NCBI GenBank assembly: GCA_964291315.2
Contig: OZ219753.1
Coordinates: 288,001 to 352,000 of the forward strand
DNA: 64,000 nucleotides
From: Candidatus Poribacteria bacterium
GTDB taxonomy: Bacteria; Poribacteria; WGA-4E; WGA-3G
Direction of reading: 5' to 3'
The position numbers and the translations under genes are program-made. The notes under the pieces were generated by a model. It was not told where the DNA came from. It did not search any database and saw nothing but the letters and a program-made list of their open reading frames with translations. This document shows, piece after piece, positions 20,039-29,628 of the stretch (its first letter is position 1; each line of letters begins with the position of its first letter).

Positions 20039-20606
20039 TTTTTAATAGCCAGCGCGTTGCTGCGTAAAGGTTTGTGAATATCTTGTCTGGACAGTCTTGT
20101 TCACCATCTGCACGTTGATAATTAGCATCAATGTAATTATGGTAACTCTCCCGTCCAAGTCCTGTCAAGACGAGAAACGTTGTGGTCTTAGCACGCTTAC
20201 CGGCTTGAATATCAGTAGTAGTATCGCCAATGAAGTAGGCACTTGAGAGATCGATATTGTGTTCTTGTGCAGCACGTTTTAGCATACCGGCTTTTGGTTT
20301 CCGGCACTCGCAACCCGTCTTTGGATGATGCGGGCAGTAATAGACAGCGTTAATTCTTCCACCTACTTTTTCGATTTCAATAGTCATTCGAGAATGGATA
20401 TCTCTCAGATCTTCTTCCGAATAAAGTCCTCTTCTAATGCCGGATTGGTTGGTTACTACGAAGAGGCGGTACCCCTTTTGTGTCAGTTTTTGAATTGCTC
20501 TACGGGCATTTGGAATGAAGGAGAACTCTGTCCATTTTCGGACATAACCCATATTTGGTGGATTCCGATTAATAACCCCATCCCGATCAAGAAAGACAGT
20601 TTTCAT
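20028..20606 (-). CDS. gmhB: D-glycero-D-manno-heptose 1,7-bisphosphate phosphatase
   Basis: FLDRDGVIN, VTNQSG, CPHHP..GCECRKP, FIGD. Confidence 0.92.
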   Translation of the reverse strand: MKTVFLDRDGVINRNPPNMGYVRKWTEFSFIPNARRAIQKLTQKGYRLFVVTNQSGIRRGLYSEEDLRDIHSRMTIEIEKVGGRINAVYYCPHHPKTGCECRKPKAGMLKRAAQEHNIDLSSAYFIGDTTTDIQAGKRAKTTTFLVLTGLGRESYHNYIDANYQRADGEQDCPDKIFTNLYAATRWLLKNDS

Positions 20607-20675
20607 TTTTGTTAATCGCTCTCGATTTCAGTCGCCTGCATTTAGACAGAAACCGTCTGCGGCTCTTGCTAACTA

Positions 20676-21704
20676 TTAGGGTTGTGCTGTTTCAATTGCC
20701 TGTCGGAGTTCCTGTGATGTGACAGTTGCACACCCCATCTTCCCAACAACGATTCCGCCAGCAAGGTTGGACAATACCGCGGCCTGATGGAATTCGGATC
20801 CTGCAGCAAGGGCAAGGGCGAAAACTGCAACAACTGTGTCCCCCGCACCTGTCACATCTGTTACGATGCTGGAATAGGACGGTAGATGTTTGACTTGTAG
20901 ATTTCCGTGTGATCCGCGCTGGAACAGAGACATCCCGCTTGCATCACGCGTAATTAGCAACGCTTCAAGCGATAAGCGGTTTAAAATTTTCTCTCCGGCA
21001 GCAACAAGATGTGCTACATCGGTAATTTCTTCACGAACAGCGGCACCGGCTTCCTTATGATTCGGCGTGACAGCTGTTACGCCCTCGTAATGCCAGAAAT
21101 TGTCGAGTTTTGGATCTACGATGACCGGGATATGGTAAGATTGTGCTCGCTTGACGAGTTTCTTGATAAGTTCAGCATTCACAACTCCTTTGTCGTAGTC
21201 AGCAAAGATAACTGCGTTACTTGCAGGCAGTTGAGAGACCGCTTCGGCTAGCAGGCGTTCCGACAGCCGAGCAGGAATTTTTTGTTTAGACTCCCGGTCG
21301 ATGCGAAGCAGATGGTGCCCTAGTTCAGGTGCTCTCTCTGCAGACTTTCCGACAGCGGCGTGGGCAATTATACGCGTTTTCGTGCTTGTCGGGCGTTTGG
21401 GATCTATACAGACCCCGGCAATGCCTAAGTTCATACCGGTAGCCATCTGCCGTAATTTTTCACCAGTTCTGTCCGCTCCGATTACGCCTAGAAGTGCTGC
21501 GTTACCTCCGAGGCTTGCAACATTCTGAGCGACATTCGCTGCACCACCGCAACCGATGGTTTCGGTAGACGTTTCAAAAACTGGAATAGGGGCCTCGGGC
21601 GAGATTCGGTTCACATTGCCCCATATATACTCGTCTACGATGATATCGCCGATAACCATCACCCGTTTGCCTTGCAGTTGTGTAAGAATAGTTTTTAGAT
21701 TCAC
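20676..21704 (-). CDS. rfaE1: D-glycero-D-manno-heptose-7-phosphate kinase (kinase domain only)
   Basis: RISPEAPIPV, GGAANVA, DYDKG, VDPK, TPN, DVTGAGDT. Confidence 0.9.
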   Translation of the reverse strand: MNLKTILTQLQGKRVMVIGDIIVDEYIWGNVNRISPEAPIPVFETSTETIGCGGAANVAQNVASLGGNAALLGVIGADRTGEKLRQMATGMNLGIAGVCIDPKRPTSTKTRIIAHAAVGKSAERAPELGHHLLRIDRESKQKIPARLSERLLAEAVSQLPASNAVIFADYDKGVVNAELIKKLVKRAQSYHIPVIVDPKLDNFWHYEGVTAVTPNHKEAGAAVREEITDVAHLVAAGEKILNRLSLEALLITRDASGMSLFQRGSHGNLQVKHLPSYSSIVTDVTGAGDTVVAVFALALAAGSEFHQAAVLSNLAGGIVVGKMGCATVTSQELRQAIETAQP

Positions 21705-22259
21705 GAGAGCATGTTAGCATAAATCTATAGGTTAAAGCAATAGGATAATCTCAGTGTATCCATATTTCGTCGGAAGTTTGGTATGGCGGGGCGGAAAGGA
21801 TGCCCGACTACCGAGTAAAGACACTAGTATAACGCGAATTAAGAGATAGCGACATCTTGCTTGTGACAGGTTCTAGTCAACTGTCTCCATGAAACCTCTG
21901 TGAAAACCTTTGTTAAAATAAATATGTTCATGCTTCCGATCTACTTAACCGTGCAATCTTGCAAATCCTTGCATCCCATAAGTCGCGCGCAGCTCATCCA
22001 ACCAATACCCAACTGCTAAAGTTTGAAGAAGATCCAACCTATTTCCTACTAAAAGTAAGACATGAAGCATTTATACCTCTATCTTTACAGTTCCTCATGA
22101 AAAATTGTTGTCTGCAATTGACAACTAATCCATTTTTTCCACTTCACAAAAATTTGAATTTGTGGTGAATCTGTGTTACAATTTAATTTCTATAAACCTC
22201 ATACCGTTGTCAGTGTCGTATCATTTTACATTTTAATGAATTGCAAGCGGTGAACACCA

Positions 22260-23522
22260 ATGAACACGTTAGAATCCAAATTAGGTAAAGTCGACCCGCA
22301 GGTCGTGGAAATTGCTTCCAAAGACTTAGCACGCCAGCGGAATACACTCATACTAATCCCTTCAGAGAACTACGCTAGTCGCGCTGTTATGGAAGCGCAG
22401 AGTACCATTCTCGCTAACAAATACGCCGAGGGCTATCCTGGTGAGCGTTACTATAACGGGTGCAAGTATATGGACGAAGTTGAATCATTGGCAATTGAAC
22501 GCGCTAAGGCACTCTTCGGTGTTGAGCACGTTAACGTCCAACCTCACGCTGGCAGCCAAGCGAACATGGCGGTCTACCATGCTCTCCTCGAACCCAACGA
22601 TACGATTCTTGGCATGTCTCTCAGTCACGGTGGACATTTAACCCACGGCGATGCTGTTAACTTTTCCGGACGCTACTACAACACCGCCGTTTATGGTGTG
22701 GACAGTGAGACCGAACGGATTGATATGGAGCAGATCGCACGGATCGCCCAAAAGCATCGCCCGAAACTCATCGTTGTTGGCGCCACAGCTTATCCCCGAC
22801 ACTTTGACTTCGCCCTATGGCGGGAAGTCGCTGATTCCGTAGGAGCATATCTGCTTGCTGATATAGCGCATATTGCAGGCCTTATCGCAGGCGGTGCCCA
22901 TCCAGATCCTGTTCCGTATAGTGATGTGATTACGACAACAACCCACAAAACACTACGGGGCCCCCGTGGAGCAATGATTATGTGTAAATCTGAATATGCA
23001 GATAAGATTGACCGCGCAGTGTTTCCCGGCTTACAAGGAGGCCCTTTCCTCCATACAATCGCGGCGAGAGCCGTCGCTTTCAAGGAAGCAAACCAACCTG
23101 ATTTTAAGAGGTATCAAGCGCAGATTGTTAAAAATGCTAAAGCCCTATCTGCACGGTTGATCGAAAACGGATTCCGGTTGGTGAGCGGTGGGACAGATAA
23201 CCATCTGATGCTGATAGATCTCACCTCTAAATACGAGAAACTCAGTGGACGGCAAGCCGCTGATCATCTGGAAGAGGCTGGAATTATCGTAAATAAAAAT
23301 ACAATACCGTTCGACAAAAGAAAGCCGAGAACGACGAGTGGTTTACGCATCGGGACTCCGATGGTTACCACGCGCGGCATGAAAGAAGATGATATGATCC
23401 AAATTGCCGATTTTATCGCAGAGACTCTCGAAAATAGACAGAAAGCCTCAATCAAACGCCGAATTCGAGAGAAAGTCAAGGAATTCTGCGCGCAATTCCC
23501 AATTTATGAATATTTAAAATAG
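22260..23522 (+). CDS. glyA: Serine hydroxymethyltransferase
   Basis: [35 protein letters not shown]. Confidence 0.98.
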   Translation: MNTLESKLGKVDPQVVEIASKDLARQRNTLILIPSENYASRAVMEAQSTILANKYAEGYPGERYYNGCKYMDEVESLAIERAKALFGVEHVNVQPHAGSQANMAVYHALLEPNDTILGMSLSHGGHLTHGDAVNFSGRYYNTAVYGVDSETERIDMEQIARIAQKHRPKLIVVGATAYPRHFDFALWREVADSVGAYLLADIAHIAGLIAGGAHPDPVPYSDVITTTTHKTLRGPRGAMIMCKSEYADKIDRAVFPGLQGGPFLHTIAARAVAFKEANQPDFKRYQAQIVKNAKALSARLIENGFRLVSGGTDNHLMLIDLTSKYEKLSGRQAADHLEEAGIIVNKNTIPFDKRKPRTTSGLRIGTPMVTTRGMKEDDMIQIADFIAETLENRQKASIKRRIREKVKEFCAQFPIYEYLK

Positions 23523-23638
23523 GTGGGTTCTGCTTTAGCCAATGATATGATGTCCTTCTTGTGATGTTAACTGGAGGCTGTCAGCGAATTGAGTACCAAT
23601 TTCGCGAAATCATTATTAAATAGTTATTGGATTCGGCT

Positions 23639-25045
23639 ATGGATTACAAAGCAGCGCTTGCTTATATTGAAGCGTTCATAGATTATGAAAGAAGTGCGGA
23701 CTTTGCCCGACAGCAAAGATACCACAACCTGAATCGAATCTCGTTGTTGTTGGATTTGCTTGGCAACCCGCAAGAGAAGTTGCGTGTCATCCATATTGCA
23801 GGAAGTAAAGGGAAAGGCTCTACCGCTGCACTTATAGCATCAGTGCTGACCCATGCAGGCTATAAGACTGGTTTGTTTACATCACCGCATCTCATTACAC
23901 CGCGCGAGAGGTGCCGGATTGATGATAAATTCATTTCGGAATCAGACGTTGCTTTTTATATTGACAAGCTCAGACCCGCAATCGACACCGTTTCCGCTGC
24001 TGAATTCGGGCGTGTTTCGTTTTTTGAAATATATACAGCACTCGCCTTTTCTTACTTTGCTGACAAAGCAACAGATTTTGCTGTTATAGAAGTTGGTTTA
24101 GGAGGCAGACTGGACGCGACAAATGTCGTTACGCCAGTCACAACGGTTATCACGTCTATCGGGCTAGAGCATACGGCGATATTAGGTGATACCTACGGCG
24201 AAATCGCAACCGAGAAAGCAGAGATCATTAAACACGGATGTCCACTTTCACTTGCACCCCAACCCTCAGAAGCGCGAGCAGTTTTTGAAAAGGTCGCCAG
24301 GGCGCGGAACGCGCCTATCATTGAGGCCAAACATTTGGTCCAGGGCAATTTCGATACTTCACGGACTCGAACGGTCTACGACACCGAGGGGTTGCCAGTA
24401 GGACAGCATTTTGATGTGAAGACCGCCTCGGAGTGTTATTCGCAGTTGACTGTCCCTCTTCTGGGACACCATCAATTTGTGAATGCCATAATAGCTCTTG
24501 CTGCGGTTAAGAGTTTGAAACAGCAAGGTTATGTGATTCCGAAAGCCAGCGTTTATGCAGGATTTGAAAACGTGCAGTGGAATGGACGAGTTCAACGAAT
24601 TAAATCCTCACCGATTGTTGTGCTTGATGGTGCACACTCTCCGTTTTCGATGGAAGCCTTGTGTCGGACACTCCGCGAGAGTTTTTGCTGCTCTCATACG
24701 ATTTTTGTCGTTAGTTTAATGCGTGATAAAGATCTTACAGCAATTGGCGACATTGTTTCGAAGAACGCAGATTCTGTGATAGCTACAGAGGTTGCGGATA
24801 ACCCGCGTGTTATGCCCGCTGAGGTAATACAAGACGCCTGGGGTCAGACATGTCCGAAGATCACTGCATGTCCAAATCCAGAAAGTGCGATCGCGAAGGC
24901 ACTGTCAGAAGCGTCATCGACAGATTTGATCTGCATCACCGGTTCGCTTTATCTCGTCGGTCAGGCCCTAAAGTGGTTCTCGGTTCTCGATAGTCAGCAC
25001 GAAGATTCTATTCTCTGTGCATCCGGCTCTGGTGTTAAGCGCTAA
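23639..25045 (+). CDS. folC: Folylpolyglutamate synthase/dihydrofolate synthase
   Basis: HIAGSKGKGS, FTSPHL, EVGLGGRLDATN, LDGAHS, TGSLYLVG. Confidence 0.95.
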   Translation: MDYKAALAYIEAFIDYERSADFARQQRYHNLNRISLLLDLLGNPQEKLRVIHIAGSKGKGSTAALIASVLTHAGYKTGLFTSPHLITPRERCRIDDKFISESDVAFYIDKLRPAIDTVSAAEFGRVSFFEIYTALAFSYFADKATDFAVIEVGLGGRLDATNVVTPVTTVITSIGLEHTAILGDTYGEIATEKAEIIKHGCPLSLAPQPSEARAVFEKVARARNAPIIEAKHLVQGNFDTSRTRTVYDTEGLPVGQHFDVKTASECYSQLTVPLLGHHQFVNAIIALAAVKSLKQQGYVIPKASVYAGFENVQWNGRVQRIKSSPIVVLDGAHSPFSMEALCRTLRESFCCSHTIFVVSLMRDKDLTAIGDIVSKNADSVIATEVADNPRVMPAEVIQDAWGQTCPKITACPNPESAIAKALSEASSTDLICITGSLYLVGQALKWFSVLDSQHEDSILCASGSGVKR

Positions 25046-25187
25046 AGAATATAATGGATTAAGAGGATAAAAAACCTGAAAAAAAACGGTTTTGAATGGA
25101 AACCCAATCGTGTCAGAAAGGAAACAGACAAAACCGATCAGAACGCTAACCTTTAAAGTCAAAGGAAGAAAAAAGAGAGGTCTTTTA

Positions 25188-27548
25188 ATGTGTGAAATCA
25201 AATGCAAAAGACGGTGGCTAAGTTGGAAAGTATTTCTGACATCTTTCCTCACTCTGAATTTAGTCACTGTGGCTTTTGCTCAAACAGAACATTATCCAAC
25301 TATTCCAACAGCTTGGTGGATTGCCCCTATCGGTGCCCTCGTCGCTTTGGGGTTTGCGTACTACTTTTACCGTGCAGTGATGCGACAGGATGAGGGTAAC
25401 GAAACAATGCGTGCTATCGCGCAATCTGTCCGAGAAGGTGCCATGGCGTATCTCAGGCAACAATACAAAGTGGTAGGGATAGTTTTTGTTGTCCTTTGCC
25501 TCATATTTCTCTTCATGGCATTCGTTCTTAATGCCCAAAATAAGGTGATTCCGTTTGCATTTCTTACAGGTGGTTTCTTCTCAGGGCTCTGTGGTTTCCT
25601 CGGCATGAAAACGGCGACCAATGCCTCCGCACGTACCACGAGTGCAGCGATGAACGGACTCAACGCCGGATTGAAGGTAGCCTTTCGTGCTGGAGCGGTT
25701 ATGGGTTTGGTCGTTGTCGGGTTTGCACTCCTTGACATTACAGGATGGTTTCTAATACTCTACTACCTTTTTCCAAAAATATTTCCTGGGTTTTTATCTG
25801 AGGCGAATCCGCTGCCGCAGATTACTGTGATTATGCTGAGTTTCGGAATGGGGGCTTCTACACAAGCCTTGTTTGCTCGTGTCGGTGGGGGTATCTACAC
25901 AAAGGCAGCCGATGTCGGAGCGGACCTCGTCGGAAAGGTCGAAGCCGGAATTCCAGAAGATGATCCGCGTAATCCGGCTGTCATCGCAGATAATGTTGGT
26001 GATAATGTCGGCGATGTTGCAGGCATGGGCGCGGACCTGTACGAGTCTTATGCAGGCTCTATCTTAGCAACCGCTGCACTCGGTGTCGCTGCTGTTGCTG
26101 CAAACGATTACAACAATCTCGCTCTCCAGCTGAAGTATCTCGCAGCCCCTATGGTTATTGCTGGCGTTGGAGTGATCCTTTCCATCCTAGGTATATTTCT
26201 AGTACGAACGAAAGAGGGAGCATCAATGAGCCAATTGATGGGATCTCTTAACTTTGGTATTAACGGGAGTGCTGTAGGCATCGCAGTTATATCACTTCCT
26301 GTCCTTATCTATCTCGATCTTCCGAATAAATGGCAGATTTGGGGAGCGATCGTCGCGGGGCTCATCGGAGGATTGGTTATTGGAAAAGTCACTGAAATTT
26401 TCACGTCCCATGACTATGCTCCGACGCGTGCTATTGCTAAGCAGGCGCGAACAGGGCCCGCAACGGTAATTATTGAAGGGGTTGCTGTCGGCATGGAATC
26501 GACTGCGATTCCTGTTATTACGATCGTCGCCGCAGTCGCTATCAGTTACTATCTCCCTGGCGGCATGCAGGAACCATTGATGGGACTTTACGGGGTCGGT
26601 ATTGCTGCCGTCGGTATGCTTGCGACCCTCGGTATCACTCTTGCCACGGACGCATACGGACCTATCGCAGATAATGCCGGTGGCAATGCTGAAATGGCAG
26701 AACTTGATAAAAGTGTCCGGAATCGCACGGATCAGTTGGATGCCCTCGGAAACACGACCGCAGCAACAGGGAAAGGATTCGCTATCGGGTCAGCAGCACT
26801 GACTGCCCTGGCGTTGTTAGCCGCCTATATTGAAGAAATTCGACACGGGCTCATCGACTTAGCGGGGCAGAAGATGCTGAACATACCCGGTGAAGGCCCG
26901 GTGGCCACGGCGAAGGTTTCAATTAATCAATTCATGGACTACTACAATGTTAACCTCATGAATCCGCAAGTTCTTATCGGACTGTTCATCGGTGCAGTGA
27001 TGGCGTTCTATTTTTGTGCTTTGACGATGAAGGCGGTCGGACGGGCTGCGGGGGCTATGGTGGAAGAGGTACGCCGTCAATTTCGAGCGAAACCGGGGAT
27101 TATGAAAGGTGAGGAGAAACCAGATTATGCCCGGTGTGTTGAGATTTCAACAGCTGGTGCACAACGAGAGATGATTTTTCCATCGCTTATCGCTATTGCT
27201 GTTCCTGTCGTCGTTGGCTTAGTTTTTGATGTTGGCGGGGTGCTTGGTTTACTCACTGGAGGGTTGGCAACCGGTTTTGTTCTTGCAATCATGATGGCAA
27301 ACGCGGGCGGGGCATGGGACAACGCCAAAAAATTCATTGAAGAAGGCAGGCATAAAGATGAATATGGCGACAAAGGTTCAGAACCTCACAAAGCCACTGT
27401 TGTCGGTGATACCGTCGGAGACCCGTTCAAGGACACCTCTGGACCCTCACTTAATATTTTAATTAAGTTGATGTCCATGGTATCTGTTGTTTTTGCCGGA
27501 CTCATTGCCAAATACGGCGGTGCCCTTAACAGCTGGCTGGGTATGTAA
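25188..27548 (+). CDS. hppA: K+-dependent membrane pyrophosphatase, Na+ or dual Na+,H+-pumping type
   Basis: [55 protein letters not shown]; ATG 25188 follows GAGAGG. Confidence 0.95.
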   Translation: MCEIKCKRRWLSWKVFLTSFLTLNLVTVAFAQTEHYPTIPTAWWIAPIGALVALGFAYYFYRAVMRQDEGNETMRAIAQSVREGAMAYLRQQYKVVGIVFVVLCLIFLFMAFVLNAQNKVIPFAFLTGGFFSGLCGFLGMKTATNASARTTSAAMNGLNAGLKVAFRAGAVMGLVVVGFALLDITGWFLILYYLFPKIFPGFLSEANPLPQITVIMLSFGMGASTQALFARVGGGIYTKAADVGADLVGKVEAGIPEDDPRNPAVIADNVGDNVGDVAGMGADLYESYAGSILATAALGVAAVAANDYNNLALQLKYLAAPMVIAGVGVILSILGIFLVRTKEGASMSQLMGSLNFGINGSAVGIAVISLPVLIYLDLPNKWQIWGAIVAGLIGGLVIGKVTEIFTSHDYAPTRAIAKQARTGPATVIIEGVAVGMESTAIPVITIVAAVAISYYLPGGMQEPLMGLYGVGIAAVGMLATLGITLATDAYGPIADNAGGNAEMAELDKSVRNRTDQLDALGNTTAATGKGFAIGSAALTALALLAAYIEEIRHGLIDLAGQKMLNIPGEGPVATAKVSINQFMDYYNVNLMNPQVLIGLFIGAVMAFYFCALTMKAVGRAAGAMVEEVRRQFRAKPGIMKGEEKPDYARCVEISTAGAQREMIFPSLIAIAVPVVVGLVFDVGGVLGLLTGGLATGFVLAIMMANAGGAWDNAKKFIEEGRHKDEYGDKGSEPHKATVVGDTVGDPFKDTSGPSLNILIKLMSMVSVVFAGLIAKYGGALNSWLGM

Positions 27549-27613
27549 ACAGAATTAAGATTTCTCGCTTCCCTTTCTCTTTTCTTTATCAATTTGTAGG
27601 AGAAAACAGACAG

Positions 27614-29293
27614 ATGTCCAATAAACTGAAACCTCGAAGTTACGCGATTACTGATGGCCCCGACCGTGCTGCTGCACGCACGATGCTCATGTTCGGCGAC
27701 GGTGGTCTCTCACCGGAGGACCTTGACAAGCCAATTGTCGGGGTTGCTAATACATGGATCGAGATCGGCCCTTGTAACTTTCATCTCAGACAGCTCGCCG
27801 CCAAGGTCAAAGAGGGGATCCGCTACGCAGGCGGTACACCTCTTGAATTCAATACTGTCAGTATTTCCGATGGGATTACGATGGGCACCGAAGGCATGAA
27901 AACCTCGCTCATTAGTCGAGAAGTCATCGCTGATTCGATTGAATTGGTTTCTATCGGTAACATGTTTGATGCTGTTGTTGCACTCTGTGGATGCGACAAA
28001 ACGGTCCCTGGCACCGTCATGGCATTGGCGCGGTTAGATATTCCCTCGCTCACGCTGTATGGTGGTTCAATCATGCCTGGTAAATTTCAGGGACGTGATG
28101 TCACGATTCAGGACGTGTTTGAAGCTGTCGGGGAGCATGCAGAAGGTACAATAACCGTCGAGGAACTCGATGACCTAATCCGTAAAGGATGTCCCGGCCC
28201 TGGGGCGTGTGGAGGGCAATTTACTGCTAATACGATGGCCACAGCCGTCGAAATGTTGGGTATTGCTCCGATGGGAAGCGGAAGTGTACCCGCTGTGGTA
28301 GAAGGTAAGGCTGATGAGGCATACAAAGCCGGCCAGCTCATTATAGACATGCTCGCTGCTGATAGGTGCCCGAGCCGAATTATCACCCGTAAATCGATTG
28401 AGAATGCTATTACCTCTGTCGCCGCGACCGGTGGGTCTACCAACGGCATTTTGCATCTCCTCGCCATCGCTCATGAAGCACAGGTTCCGATAACGCTTGA
28501 GGATTTCCACACCATTAGCCAAAGAACTCCGGTGTTAGCTGATCTGAAACCGGGCGGTCAATTTGTCGCTAACGATCTTTATGAGGCAGGAGGCATTCCC
28601 TTCTTGGCGAAACGTCTCCTAGAAGCAGAATTGCTGCATGCCGATGAACTGACTGTCACCGGCAAAACCATCGGCCAAGAAGCGAACGCAGCCACTGAAA
28701 CCGAGGGGCAGCAAGTCGTCAGACCCGTGGAGGCACCCCTCAAACTGACGGGCGGATTCGCTATTTTAAGGGGTAACCTTGCACCCGATGGATGTGTTAT
28801 CAAATTAGCTGGACAGGACAAAACCCTCCACCGGGGGCCAGCACGCATCTTTGACCGAGAGGAGGACTCTTTTGCTGCTATTAAAGGAGGCTCGATTAAA
28901 CCCGGTGATGTCGTTGTTATTCGTTATGAAGGCCCTACCGGGGGACCAGGAATGCGCGAGATGTTGGGGGTAACGGCAGCAATTGTCGGCGCAGGTTTGA
29001 GCGAGGAGGTCGCCCTTTTAACCGATGGCAGATTCTCCGGTGCCACACACGGTTTCATGATCTGCCACATCGCACCTGAAGCCGCAAAAGGTGGCCCTCT
29101 TGCTATTCTACAAGAAGGAGACCAGATCGTTATTGATGCCAAAAAACGACGACTAGATGTTGAACTCTCCAACGCAGAAATTCAGGCGCGTTTTGAACAG
29201 TGGACCCCGCCCGAACCGCTTTACACCCGCGGAGTTATGGCAAAATATGCAAACACAGTATCTTCTGCTTCCGAAGGTGCTGTAACAGGATAA
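27614..29293 (+). CDS. ilvD: Dihydroxy-acid dehydratase
   Basis: [49 protein letters not shown]. Confidence 0.97.
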   Translation: MSNKLKPRSYAITDGPDRAAARTMLMFGDGGLSPEDLDKPIVGVANTWIEIGPCNFHLRQLAAKVKEGIRYAGGTPLEFNTVSISDGITMGTEGMKTSLISREVIADSIELVSIGNMFDAVVALCGCDKTVPGTVMALARLDIPSLTLYGGSIMPGKFQGRDVTIQDVFEAVGEHAEGTITVEELDDLIRKGCPGPGACGGQFTANTMATAVEMLGIAPMGSGSVPAVVEGKADEAYKAGQLIIDMLAADRCPSRIITRKSIENAITSVAATGGSTNGILHLLAIAHEAQVPITLEDFHTISQRTPVLADLKPGGQFVANDLYEAGGIPFLAKRLLEAELLHADELTVTGKTIGQEANAATETEGQQVVRPVEAPLKLTGGFAILRGNLAPDGCVIKLAGQDKTLHRGPARIFDREEDSFAAIKGGSIKPGDVVVIRYEGPTGGPGMREMLGVTAAIVGAGLSEEVALLTDGRFSGATHGFMICHIAPEAAKGGPLAILQEGDQIVIDAKKRRLDVELSNAEIQARFEQWTPPEPLYTRGVMAKYANTVSSASEGAVTG

Positions 29294-29628
29294 CACACAG
29301 TTGGTTTTCTACGTTTCTATCTATTAGGGGCAGGCCTTCGGAGTGGCCTCTTTTACTTACTTTCCCTGTCTACATGCCCCTTGTCTGAAACCGCCTTGCA
29401 GACGCCCCCTAACGCCTGCAAGTGCTGTCGCTCTTTTCACTATTGTCCTGATTCCCACGTTCGGAAGCGTTCGCAGTCGCCCCGCAACCTCTCATTTACA
29501 TCGTCTAAATATTTTGCCAGATCTATCTGTTATCATTTTCCGTTCCACTCTGTCGTGAGGTATAGAATTAATTGTCCGCATTGGTATTCCTTTCCAGCAA
29601 CAGGTGACCCTATTATAAAAAAACTTCT

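Noticed and set aside
21705-22259. Long spacer upstream of glyA checked for ZTP, THF or glycine riboswitch
   Set aside because: No conserved motifs recognised; consistent with a divergent promoter region.
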